Source: Neodothiora populina
Taxonomy: Eukaryota
Direction: 5' to 3'
Length of the DNA: 64,000 nucleotides
Assembly (NCBI RefSeq): GCF_041146345.1
Contig: NW_027191406.1
Location: 682,001 to 746,000, forward strand
Below the pieces are notes generated by a model, which did no database searches, had not been told where the DNA came from, and saw only the letters and a program-made list of their open reading frames with translations. Position numbers and translations under genes: made by a program. Below, piece by piece: positions 1 through 12,107 of the stretch (its first letter is position 1; each line of letters opens with the position of its first letter).

Positions 1-1453
1 CTGAAGTTGAGCAAGCTGTTGTGCCTGCAACTGTGCAGCCTGCTGAGGAGTGAGGACTTGGCCGAGCTCGTTCGTCATGAGGATATTTGCGCTCGGCATG
101 TTGTTCTGCATGTGCTGCTGACCCTGGCCTTCGCTTGAGCGAGCGCGACGGTACTTTTTGACATCGTCTAGCTGGATGCGGTTATTGACGGTCGACAAAG
201 CAGCGAGTTTCATCGCGGTAGCGTTTGCAACCATATCTGCCTGGTTTGCACTCTGCTGCTGAGAGAAGTTTGGAACCATAGGAGTGTTGACCATGGAAGC
301 CCAGCTGCCATTGGGGTTGTAGGGAGACAAGATAGACATGCCAGCTGCCGACTGATCAGGTGTGCTGATTGTAGTGTTCTGTAGGTTGGTATCACCAGAA
401 AGTTGGAAAGGTCTCGGTGATCGCAGGCCGGCAGAGGCTGGGGGCTGAGCGAATTGACCCATAGGCTGGTGCTGCTGGCTCTGGGAAGACTTGGGTCGGG
501 TGATGGGAGCAATGTTCTCACCACTGGGTTTGTTCCATGGCGAAGGGGAGAGCGGGGCTGCAGCGGCGTCCTTCTTGAGGCCATCATCGGGAGTGGAGAT
601 TGTGGGGGCGATCAAGGAGGAGCGGTCGCCGATGGTGCTGTTGCGGTTTGAAGTGGGAGTATTGCCAGTGTGCTCTTTGAACTCAGCCTTTTGCTTAGCA
701 ATGGCAGCCGCGGCATCGGGGAACATAGAGTTGATAGTATTGGGGTCTAGACCAGATGCACGCTTTGCACCGGGCGAAGGAGGAGGCTTGCCAAAACCAA
801 AAGAGCCGCGCGAGGAGTCGATGTTGAGCTTGTTCATGGCGTCGTTGAGACGAGCGGACATGGGATCTGTGTGATGATGCCGATTAGCATGTGTCTCATG
901 TACAAGGATTCTGCTGCTCTTCGGTACAGTGCTTACCTTTCTCGGCAAAGTTTGCTGGTGACAACACGCCAGACATGGGATGGCTCTTGGCCATTTGCTG
1001 CAGAACCTGGATGAAGAAACGAATCTGCACCTGAGTGGTCTGCTGCAACAAGGCGTAGAGAGCAGCGGTGCGTTCAGGCTCGCTGAGCACACGGAACCAC
1101 TGCTCGATGGCGCTCAGCTCATCCTTGAAATCCTGGTCCAAAGTGGCGGCAGCCATGTCTTCCAGTGTGGTCTCGTACTGGTCAATATCGGCAATCCACT
1201 GTTGCGCCGCCTTCTCCGCAGCGTCGTCAGCATTGTTGATGCCCTGACCTTGCTGAGACTGAGAAAAGTAAACCTCCGAAGCGGGACGAATGCCACGAGT
1301 GGCAAGGGGCGATGAGGCGGAGAAGGCGCCCATGTCAGCAGACGCGCGCAGATGGTGGCCGGCAGCCATGTTGCGAGACGAAGGGGGTCTCAAGGTCGAG
1401 CTCGACGCCTCAGGCGTGCTGTTGCGGTTGCCAATCATGTGGCTGGCCGACAT
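1..1453 (-). CDS. VTS1: RNA-binding protein Vts1/Smaug homologue, 5' part (runs off the window; the SAM domain is not in view)
   Basis: ATG at 1453. Exon 1 is 1453-937; the intron 936-867 is GTAAGC...CTAAT...CAG; exon 2 is 866-<1 and open to the edge. Contains the conserved Vts1 segment [70 protein letters not shown], plus [10 protein letters not shown] and [22 protein letters not shown]. Confidence 0.9.
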
Positions 1454-2520
1454 GTTGACTGAATATCGGATACTTTCAGTGAAATCTGGCCTCACTTGAC
1501 CAATCCTGGTTGCTGGAAGATCAAACCCCAAGCTTTGTTGTGGTTTTCAAGTGAATCTCGAAGTCAGAGATAACCGAACAAACAGTAGATGTGCAAAGAG
1601 ACACCTGTATCTTGTCGCCTGAAGTGAACAAAACAAGTAGATCGGCGGAAAGGAGTGTAATAAGTGATGCGAATTACTGTCGGAGAGCCTGCAGTTCCTG
1701 CTGACCTCAAAGGTCTCCGCTGAGTGTGGGTTTTTCTTAGGACGTGGTGTATAGGAGTTTTGATGGATTGTGTTTGCAAGTCAAATCAAATGACTAGCGC
1801 GAGCTGCTTCTTCCGTACACCAAACGATTTCGCCGTGGTTGCGCGACCGTTGAATGCTAAGCCAGATGCTTGCCTCCTGTGTGGACGGAGCTTTGACTCG
1901 GTTAATTTCTTGACGTTGACAAGGGCGAGGGAGAGAGAGAGGGGGCAACGGTGGGAGGGAGAGTAAGTAGAAGTACAAGACCGCAAACCCAATGCAGAAA
2001 GCGAAGATATGATCGAGTGGGTCAGCTCGAGGACAAAGAGTGTAAGAGAGTATGAAGCAGTGGTGGATGAGAATCACTGAGGAGCGACGGTGCTGAGATG
2101 TGTGGAATAAATGGCCCTGATGCTTTTACACCACACACACCAAGCAACTCACTAGCGGGGGACAAGCCGCGAGCACCAGCGAAGATGAAACAATCCACTC
2201 TGCTGCAACCAAGAGAGGGAGCGCGCCTCACACCAGTACTGTACAAGTAGTCAAAAAGAGGGTCCAGTGGTCCAGGGGTCGACCGCGCTTGAGCTTGTGC
2301 CCTTTCGCTTCTGCTATTCTGGAATAGGCCCCGTGGGTTTTTCTCCGATAAGCCGTTACTGCACGACAACATCCATGCTCGCTAATACTGTGCATTTCAT
2401 GTGTCTACAAACCTTGGAAGCAGAGGGTGCGAATACTCAAAGTGTTGTTACATGCGGTCGCCTTTACACCTGTTTTCACAGAAGATCAGGTAGACAATCC
2501 CTGGAGTCTCTTAGTACACT

Positions 2521-2560
2521 AAATCCAAATCCAAATCCAAATCCAAGACCAGATCCAAAT
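2521..2560. repeat. Degenerate (AAATCC)n hexanucleotide microsatellite
   Basis: aaatccaaatccaaatccaaatccaagaccagatccaaat. Confidence 0.8.
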
Positions 2561-3430
2561 TTCGCACTCTGGTGCATGACGCTGGTACAACGAACACGGC
2601 CGACTAAGGTAACGACGCTCCGGCTTGCTCCACGTCGTGTCGAGAGCCGTAATGAAAGCATTACGACAATCTGATGGACATTCCTATGTGATCCCGAGAA
2701 TCCCCTGCAACTAGGCCAGATGATCACGTTCATCTTCTAAAAACATTGCGTTTTTCTGAAGATCATATGCCAAGACGCCTCTTCAGGTGTGGTTCGCCGC
2801 GCGCCAGTCAGCCCGTGAACCCCTTTTTACATCTGACCACTACGTAAACATCACTGATTCGCTTAGCGACATAGTTGCTTGTAGATAATTACATCTCCCA
2901 CTTGCATCTACTGTATCTAGTGGACAGGCGGAGCACATTGCGCCTATTGATATCAATTGGACAATCACAATGCCTGACGAGGAACGTCAAAATTTCAGAA
3001 GCCTGTCTCCAGCTCCTCCTTTGTGTATGCTCTTGTCTTGTGCTCTCCACGGATGTGCACTCTCGGTCTCCTTCTGTCCAGCCGCATGATCTACTATGTT
3101 AACCATCCCCAATCATTCAGAAGCACCTTAGCTGTTGGCGCGACAATGACCGTCTACACTCGAATCCATGCCATTTTGATTAAGGTATGAAAAAGCACTG
3201 TGTGGATCAGGCCAAGGGTAGCCGATTCAGTGCCACCAAACGAACGCCCGATGATCCAAGTCATGGACATCCAGCTGCAGTCGCGCTTTTGCCCTGGGTG
3301 CGGTGCCCTGCCATATCCCACCCCTCGCTCCTTGGCCCCTTCCCATTCCTCTAAACCATGCGTCTTGTGTAGATCACATGGATTTTCCTCGCCGCCATGA
3401 CAATTGCGTGCTAATTAGAGAGTCGACTCA

Positions 3431-4270
3431 TCACTCGCTGGGACCCTCGCTCATCGCGGCCCTGACGTCTGCCGCATCTGCCTCCAGCTCCACGGCGTCA
3501 GCCTCTAGGCGAGTCGCCTGAGCACGCAAACGCACAGCGCGAGCGCGGATCTCGATAGCTCTGACTTCGAACTCAGTAGCCCGACGTCCGCTCTTCTCCA
3601 CGCGGTACGATGGGGTCGTGGCCTGTCTGTGCTTGTGACTGCTACGTCCTGCTGTGGGTGGCGTGGCCTGGTAAGCGTGCTGAGCCAACGAGCGGGTGCT
3701 GTCGCCTTGGGCATTGGTGGAAGCGTTACTGAACATCGTATTGTCGACCTTCGCGTCTGCCTCGCTGTTGTGCTGCTCCGCCTCTTCGTTCCAGTAGGCC
3801 TCCCCATCTTCTTCGATGTTGTCCTCCTCCATCTCCCCACCTGCCTGCTGGTCGGCCTCCTCATGTTGATTGCGCCTCATGCCGTCAATGACTCGTTGAA
3901 CGTCCCCAAGGAGGACCTCGACGATCTTGCGCTGGGGATGCTTGGGATTCTGTTGGCGCTGAGTGACTTCAAGATGAAGAAGCTCCTGTGCAAATGACAG
4001 CTTTGTAGAGGTCATGGTCGAGAGCTCTTCCAGACTGCGAAGCAATTCGACGCTCCAGTTCCACCATACTTCTTCCGCAACGCCAACGTCTCCAATTCTG
4101 GCTTTGGCACCTTTCTTGAGCTCCATACGAGGACGGAGGTGAAGTGGAAGACACTCTTGAATGTTGCATGTCCAATTAGATTCTATACGTGTTTTGCGAT
4201 TGACCTTGATGGTCTGGTCTTTCGGATGCAGCTCAGTGAACTGTCGGCGTTGGATTTGATGTGGTGCCAT
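3431..4270 (-). CDS. Hypothetical protein (~279 aa) with an acidic middle and an Ala-rich C-terminal coiled coil
   Basis: Intronless ORF; first ATG at 4270 (MAPHQIQRRQ), stop at 3431. Protein-like composition with a heptad tail EVRAIEIRARAVRLRAQATRLEADAVELEADAADVRA. No family recognised; start uncertain. Confidence 0.6.
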   Translation of the reverse strand: MAPHQIQRRQFTELHPKDQTIKVNRKTRIESNWTCNIQECLPLHLRPRMELKKGAKARIGDVGVAEEVWWNWSVELLRSLEELSTMTSTKLSFAQELLHLEVTQRQQNPKHPQRKIVEVLLGDVQRVIDGMRRNQHEEADQQAGGEMEEDNIEEDGEAYWNEEAEQHNSEADAKVDNTMFSNASTNAQGDSTRSLAQHAYQATPPTAGRSSHKHRQATTPSYRVEKSGRRATEFEVRAIEIRARAVRLRAQATRLEADAVELEADAADVRAAMSEGPSE

Positions 4271-6858
4271 AATTCCAACGCAGCTTTTGAAGAGGTCCAA
4301 CGTTGCAACGACCTTAGAAGTCGAATGAGAGAAAGTACAGATCGAGCATAGATGAGAGAGGTTTTGGTTGGTAGTTGGTCAGGAAGGCGCAGGGTGCATG
4401 TGAGAGAACGCACGTGCCTTTCTAATTTCAAGGCAGAAGGCAAGTCAAGGAATGGTCGTTGAGTGTATGTGTACTATCAGTGAATAGGTAGGATGGATGA
4501 TAGTCCTCAACACCTGCTTGATAGCGATGTGATCAACCAATCTGAAGCCTACATTGATGGCGGAGACAACTCAATAGATGGCCACAAGAGAACATGAACA
4601 ACATTATAGATGACCACTGCCTCTCCGCACCTAGAGCGATTTGAAGCCCGCGAAAGTTGTGCTACTGATAGAGGCCACAGACAGGGAGGCTGACAGGCAG
4701 AATCCCGAGATTGACCATTTGGATGTCCACTACCTTCTTTCTCTCCTTCTTACCACAGTACGCTGATCGACCGACACGCTTACAGCATGGCCGTGGGCCG
4801 CTTCGATAGCAACGTTGTCTTGAAAAGCCATCCAACTTTGGGAGAAGGGACAGATATGAGATTATGAAAGCTCAACATACCTTGCAAGTCACTACCTTAC
4901 CTACATGGGTCACCGGCTGACGAGAGTGCTTGTCACTTCGCCGACTCTCAGGGCTTGGATGGATGTGAGTGATCTTTGGATACCCCATTCGATCGGCGGG
5001 GTCAGAACGCACTCTCTAGCTCGACGCTGGCCTCTCGCACGTCAGCGACGAAGATACTCATAGTAGAGCCAGCGAAACATATTCAGAGCTGCATGAAACA
5101 GAGATCTGTTCCGCCGTCGGGGGTACGCACTGTCCCAACAATCTACAGACTTATTGCCGACTATCTCTAGGTCGTGGTGTGTAGTAGGCTACAACATTGT
5201 CGCAAGGAAGAATGTCCGGTAGTAGTGCCTGGCTCGCGAATGGTGGATTTTGAGTCATCGCCACGAAGGTTTGTCCCAGGCACGCATGAACCAACAGATG
5301 TATCTGAGCTATGCATCGAATGAGAAGGTGATCTGATGCAGGAGGGCTAAGCGTGGCAGGGCACCACATTCCTCATGGGTAAAAATTTGATCGGTGAAAG
5401 ACATCGCTGTAATTGGTATACCGATACTATGTTTGCAACATCTCGGTCTATGCCTAGTCTTGACGATCTCGGCGGTGGACGAGAGCATCCTGTCTCGGAG
5501 TGTCCGGGAGGTTTAGATTGACACCCCGGATTCTCGAAAGATTGGGATCGCAACACGACGGCTCAAGGTCACCGAGTCGAAGCTGCACATATGCTTGAGG
5601 CTCCATCGGTCCTAGCACAAATTATCGCTACCGGCATACTGGGCTACGCCATACTTACCTTACTGTCCGTACCTTAAAGGAATATCAAAAGTACGATGAT
5701 ACACCACAAAAGTACAGGTACGAGCATCCATGGTACTCTTCTGTAGGCAGAGCGCACGGACGATGGAGGAGGTCAAGAGACGAAGTGTGTTTAGACAGGC
5801 ACTTACAGCCATTGCTTTCATGCTATCATGGCTCCGTCACGACCCGGGCTCCTCGCAGCAGTACCTGAGCATATTCACCAAGGCGACGCGCAAAGTAGTA
5901 GAGCGAGTACCTCTGCATTACGGGCGTAGTCGTTGTTCAAGGATGACTGCCATGGGAGGGTGGGGGGTTCATGACCTGTCGGCTATGCACGCGCTATAAC
6001 CCAAAGGGTAAATGGTAACGTAATGTCCGTGACACCAACTGGCGGAATCCTTCACCGCTGCAACAAATCAACTGCGCCCCATGCGATCGAATGGCTCTCC
6101 CCGACGATTTATCTGGGGTCATCCTCTGCTGCATGATGGGGAAGGGTGAATAGACTCTCCTGCTCCCATACATGATGACGGAACGCCATTACAGAGTTAC
6201 GCGACGGTGCCTCGAGGGTCCTCGATGTACTCGAAGGTCATTGGATGTGTCCTTTTACCACATGGCTGCTGCTTATCAATTTTTGAAGCCGAAGTCCCGG
6301 ACGGACATGCTCGCTAACGCCGTCTCATGGATTCCTACCCTGACATTGGGAATTGGGGGCCAAAGACTTCCCATGATTGGACCTGCATGACTGGCCGAAC
6401 ACTGCGCCTTACGATACCTATTCTTAATCACACTCAATTAACATCCCGCGTCATGTGGAAACGGACCATGCAGCCTTGCAGGGCTGTGTTCCTAGCTTAG
6501 AGTCACGGTTGTTGATCCTGCTATACATTTCACTTTAGACATGCTTCTGAATCTGTAGGTCCTTGTCTCTCAGCTGGACGTTTAGCTGAATTTAGTTCAT
6601 GCCCCCCATCGGGTACGCCTGCACTGAGTGAAACGCATACTTGACCGGTTTAGACCCTGGAATATGGGGCCAATGTGAAGCCTATGGGAAGCATATTATC
6701 ACAGATCGTGTCCACAACCCATCATCCTATTCTTTTCTTTCCATTCAATTTGCTTCTGTCAATTCCTCATCATCTATAACAAGAACTACATCTACTTTAC
6801 ACTTCACCTCTACTAAAGCAAAACCTTGACATATATATTCGTGATACAAGTTGCAACC

Positions 6859-7715
6859 ATGAATGTGAGCAGTGAGGCATACTACCAGCCACTCTTGTTC
6901 CAGGCACAAGATGTGAGCGGCCTTGACCTGCCGGTTGTGTTCTCCCAGACCTCTATGGAGTCAGAGCAAAACATGCAAAGGCTTGCCTTCCAAGACGTCG
7001 AGAGTACCTTCAACCCATTTGACATGTCATACTCTTCGCCCATGCCTTGCACTCAGACATTGCCGGACACTCCCCTTCAACATTGGACTTATAGTACTGA
7101 GGAACAATACACACTATCCCCATATCCTCGTCCTGAATCGCTATGCCACAGCCTGTCCCCCGCTCCGGCAGATATCGAATGGGAACAGCATGTACGCAGC
7201 CAAGCCAGAGCAGTATCCAGGGTTCCATCATTCACATCCATGACGAGTTCATGGACCAGCTGTGAGCAATCTTGCCACACACGATCAGACATATCGCGGT
7301 CAGCATCACCCAACGCGAATGAGATGGCCCGGTGGGGCAAACAGGAAGGCCAAGGCAGATGGCGATGTGCTTATCCAGGGTGCACCTCGAAGTCTACCTT
7401 CTGCCGTGGATGTGACCTACGCAAGCACTATCGCAGGCACACCAAGTCACTCTTCTGCCGAAACCCAGAATGCAAGCAATCGAGAGAAGGGGGTTTCTCA
7501 AGCGAAAAGGATCGCGCAAGGCACGAGGCCAAGCACGATCCCAAGATAAGATGCGAGTGGAAGAATTGCAGCCGAGTGTTCAGCAGAGTTGATAATATGG
7601 TACGTTAACACCAGAAGATCCACCTTTTCCCTTCTTCAACTGCTAGCAAAACATACTAACGGACAGACAGCGCGATCATGTCAAGCGGATACATCGCAGG
7701 AGGCAGAACAAGTAA
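6859..7715 (+). CDS. C2H2 zinc-finger transcription factor
   Basis: Exons 6859-7599 and 7671-7715; intron GTACGT...CTAAC...CAG. Three fingers: CAYPGC..HYRRH, CRNPEC..HEAKH, and CEWKNC..RVDNM|RDHVKRIH, which is completed only by splicing. Confidence 0.9.
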
Positions 7716-8544
7716 ACCAGCATCGAAGAACGAACAACAGCTCAAGCGATTTATACGAATGATTATGATAAGTGCATGGCGTTTTGGCGTGGGATATTGA
7801 CTTGTCGTTCGCTTCGACTGTCGAGATGGGGTGGCATCTGGGATGTGATTTTTGTTTCCAATTACAGCTTAAAGGATGGATCCCAAAAGTGGCGCAATGG
7901 GTACTGGACGAGACATGGCAAACTCCAATCAGAGATTTTATGACACATGACAAAGCTATAGAAAAGTTCATAGCTGAATTAGCAATCTTACAGCAAGTGT
8001 ACTAGACCCGTTCCTGAATGCCAAAGTGAGGGAGGGGTCTGTTGGAGCGTCGATGATCGCTCGGAGTAACTGCTACTCGGTAGATAAGGTACCTTAGTCG
8101 TACGAGTGACGTCTATGAAGTACTGGGTACAGTAAATCTGTTACCAGATCGTTGTGTAAGTAGTAGCCAAGGATTATAAATCGTGATGTACCATATCGCA
8201 AGTCACTGTAGCTTACTGATCTTACCCTTGTGTCATGTGGTATCGTAGGGTATCCTAATGCAAGGTAGTATCGGTAGGTAACTACTGTACGAAGGGAAAT
8301 CGTACTCTGAAAGAGCCCCAAGCAGCTAACTTTACGAGAAGTAGGTAAAATAAAGGGTCCTGCAGTACAGTAGCTGATGATGATAAGGTATAGTGTTACA
8401 AAATAGACTAGAGCTTTGACCAGCGGTGTCCCGGTCAACGTCTATTTACACTTGCAAACAATGGCGGCTGAGCTTCCTCCATTTCTTTCGCGCATGATCA
8501 AGTGTATAGCAAAAAAGGGACAACCCATATACTCATAGGACAAA

Positions 8545-10564
8545 ATGGGTCGCAAATACTCTTCGGATAGCAGCGACGACGGTCTGCCTGAGCTTGACGA
8601 TTTCATCAATTCCCATGTGAACAACCTGCACAATCTACGAGCGCCGACACTCATTCCAACAAGCCGGCCGTTTTTGGTCGCGTCGCCTGAGCGAGCTTCT
8701 GCATCTCGCACAGCACAGAAGGCCGGTGCTTCGCGCGGTACTATAAGGACGGCAGCCGTGAAACAGGAGGCAAAGAGTAAGCCTGCTGCGTCGAGAGGGA
8801 CTCGGACTGTGAAGACGAAAACTAGCTCGAAGTCGACCAAATCTAAGGACACCCGTGAAGCGCAAACCTCGACCTTCTCTACCACGAGTAAATTGCGTGC
8901 GACTCCACACAGGAAGGCAAAGAATGCCGTACCAGTCGCTGATCTCCTTTCTGAAAGCGACGATGACGATTCGGAGTACATGACTGCCGAGGAAAAGGAG
9001 CAGTCAGATGTGGAAGAGAGCATATGGTGTGACAGTGAAGTCAACAACCACGGTAGCGAAGGTAGCGAAGAGATCGAAGCAGATGATGGCGACGATTTTA
9101 CTTTCGTCGTGAAGAGGACCCATAAGTCCAAAGACGATATGCTGTCTCGGCTCAAGTCGTTGCAGGTCAGGACTATCACTCCAGATACTGAGCTGAGCGA
9201 CTCGAATGATGATCTGGATAGCAATATTTTCAGATCAAGAAGCCCGCGCAAGGCTTTGACGACGTACAAGAGCCCTGGCAAAGTCAAGAAACAACCGATG
9301 TTCCCTAGTACAGACTCTTCCGACAAGGAGAATGACAGTTCCGTAGGATTGAAGCTGTATGTTGATGTCCTTACCGGCTGGAGCAAGTGTGATCGGACGC
9401 TAACCTGAATACAGACCGACATTCACACTACCTCGACCTGGACCTGCATCCACGATCGACAGGCCATCCACTCCACCTCTGCCTCTCTCACCATCCAAGT
9501 CAAAGCTGGTATCTCCTTCAAAGAAAAAAGCTCGCATCCCAACTCCGCCCCACCGACCCAGTATCGATGCATTCTGGAATCCGCATGCCGTGAATGACTG
9601 GAACGACCAGTACTCTCCTCAGAAACCACTAGTATCTCCCAAGAAACATCGTTTCCTGCAGCTTGACACCGATGCATCGGAGACATCAAACTCTGCACCA
9701 AAAACGCTTCAGAGTCCCACCAAGCGGACTCGCGCAGAGATCCAGGCCAAGAAAGACTTTGAAACCCGCAAACACAAATTGTGTGAAGAGTTCTTGGAAG
9801 AACTTGATCAGCAGGTCACAGGTGGCAAGATCAAGGAGCTGGCTGCGTCAACAGGCGGCGTTCACTTCGTATGGTCCAAGACGCTCAACTCCACCGCGGG
9901 CCGCGCCAATTGGCGCCGAGAGACAGTGAGATCAACCAACGCAGACGGGACAGCAAAGTCAATAAGCAAACACCACGCTTCGATCGAGCTAGCGGAGAAA
10001 GTGATCAACGACGAAGAACGTCTCTTGAACGTCGTCGCCCACGAATTCTGCCACCTAGCCAATTTCATGGTCAGTGAGATTAAGGATCAGCCACACGGCC
10101 GACAATTCAAAGCCTGGGGTGCCAAGTGCACGAAGCTGTTCGCCCACCGCGGCGTCGAAGTGACGACGAAACACTCGTACGAAATCGACTACAAGTACAT
10201 CTGGGCATGCACAAACGACTTGTGCAGACAAGAGTACAAACGCCATTCGAAGAGCATCGATCCCTCCCGTCATCAATGTGGCATCTGTCGAGATAGCCTC
10301 ATGCAGGTGAAGCCTGTGCCTAGGAAGCAATCGCAGCAGAAACCAGGCGGTAAAGCTGCCGTGGGCGGATACGCCGCATTTGTGAAAGATAACTTTGCCT
10401 CTATCAAGCAGAGTATGGTGGGTGCGAGCCACAAGGAAGTCATGACTGCACTTGGACAGCGATACAGAGAGCAGAAAGCTGCTCTTGCTGAAGCAGAAGA
10501 GGTGGAATCGGCAAAGGGTGTGGATGATATGGTCAAGGCACTTGAAGTGGTGACTTTGGATTGA
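8545..10564 (+). CDS. SprT-family metalloprotease with GCNA/ACRC-like architecture (disordered N-terminus, SprT, zinc finger, HMG-like box)
   Basis: Exons 8545-9356 and 9415-10564; intron GTATGT...CTAAC...CAG, frame continuous. Motifs: WSKTLNSTAGRA, HEFCH (HExxH), HGRQFKAW, TTKHSYEIDYKYIWAC..C..RHSKS..CGIC, and YAAFVKDNF..HKEVM. Confidence 0.9.
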
Positions 10565-10990
10565 AGGGGGGAAACAAAGTGCTGTTTCTATTTGTAGATT
10601 TTCTTGTGCATTATACCCCTGTTTTTCGTTCCTTTGCTTGGTTTCTTGTTCTAGCAGTAGGTATGATATGTACATACTCTTGCGCCTGACGTGCTTGATC
10701 CTCACTTCTTACATGTAGCACTAACACGATGTTGTTGATGTGACGCGATCGGTCTTTCCCTGTATCTACCCATCTCCAGCCCCTCTGTGTCTCCACCACA
10801 ATCGCCCCCTCTGACCCTGATGTCTTTCAGAGATGAATTAGATGGATAACTAAGTTCTACTTCCACTGGGCGGCCCTGGTTTCCTGGAGTCTTAACCCAC
10901 AAATCGCCCACTCGCCCCAGGAAGTGCAGACTATACCCAGACCACCCAAAACCTGTAAGAGGTAGATAGTAAAGCTAATCCCGAGAACCA

Positions 10991-12107
10991 CTACACGAAA
11001 AGCCCCCACTCCCTAATCTCAAAGGTCTGCAAGATCCTCTCTCTATGCGCCAAAGCCCTCTCTATCAGCGCGCCTTTCTTGGCCGCCTCGAGGTTGACGT
11101 CTGCGGGGTCATACTCGCCTGGTGAGTGAGGCACGTTGATTGAGATGACGATGTCCGTCTTGTGAGCTTCGAGACGGATGAGCAAGATGGTTATTGCTGT
11201 GAAGTCTGGAGTTGGTTTGGGGGGTTTTGAGGTTGCGGTCGATGTTTGGGTGGGAGGGGACTGGTGCTGTTGGGTGGCGAGGAGAGTGTAGGATTGGATC
11301 GGGTTTGTTGTTGTATTGCTGTTTGCATGGATGATGAGGTTAGTGGTCGTGCATGTTGTGTGGGTTGATATTGCGCTTTGGTGGTCGGGATGCAGAGTCA
11401 TGTGTGAGATGGCCTCCCGTTCGATCGATGAACAAGGTGATGAGGACACTTGCTGGGCATGGAAATGCGAGAGAAGAGTAACGATGGAGGACGACCAAAT
11501 ATGCCCTCTTTATACAAAAAGGGAAGTATCTCTCGACAGACGAAACAGGAAAGAACAGAAGAATAACTTACGGTAGCTTCTGAAGAAAAGCGCTGTTCGT
11601 CTCCCAAACCTGAGTTCCTTCCGTATCATCCTCGACTATATCTTCCAGATGATACTTTAGGGCCTCGAGATCAGTCTTGCAGTTTTCTTCCTCGCCGACA
11701 CGCTCGAGGATGTCAAAGACAATACTCGTGAAGCCGTCTTTGTCAAGGAAGACCTCTTGTGTGTCTGGAACCTGTCTGATGTCGCTACAGTTTGCAAGAC
11801 AAATGTTGTTAGTCTCTTGTTATTTGATATACATTGACAAAAAAAAGTTCCAGTGAGAGTAAAGGCTACGATGACATCTTCCCTAGCGTTTACATGGATA
11901 GGAAATGAGCATGCGAAGGGAAGAATAGTGGGTTAGACAATATAGATGTATACGATGACTTGAATTTCCCTTGCTCTTTCGGCCATAGAGGTGCCCTTTC
12001 AACAAAATAGTAATCAGTCATACAACATACCTCACATCTCCAAAATTTGTTGGTAGATCGGCTCTGATGGCACCACCGTAGAGATCGACACTTTTATATG
12101 CAGCCAT
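10991..12107 (-). CDS. MOG1: Ran-binding nuclear transport factor Mog1
   Basis: Exons 12107-12031, 11784-11572 and 11318-10991. The spliced product reads LYGGAIRADLPTNFGDVS|DIRQVPDTQEVFLDKDGFTSIVFDILE...LIRLEAHKTDIVISINVP...FEIREWGLFV. Confidence 0.92.

Noticed and set aside
2521..2560. (AAATCC)n as a telomere-like relic
   Set aside because: Differs from CCCTAA, and no telomerase-template word (TAACCCTAA) was seen in the window.
5651..5670. ATACTTACCT, resembling the U1 snRNA 5' end
   Set aside because: No U1-70K loop (GATCANGAAG), stem-loops or Sm site follow; it belongs to the common TACCT word clusters.
8442..9422. Long antisense ORFs over real genes (also 14311-15048, 15045-15644, 43153-43707, 55746-56861)
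   Set aside because: Shadow frames expected from the codon bias of the sense genes.
9500..9545. Possible frameshift in the A-run of the SprT gene
   Set aside because: Recounting gives AAG AAA AAA GCT; the frame is intact.
12025..12035. GTGAG|GTATGT at the MOG1 exon 1 end as a possible nested twin intron
   Set aside because: Removing GTGAG would delete the conserved Val-Ser codons and shift the frame.
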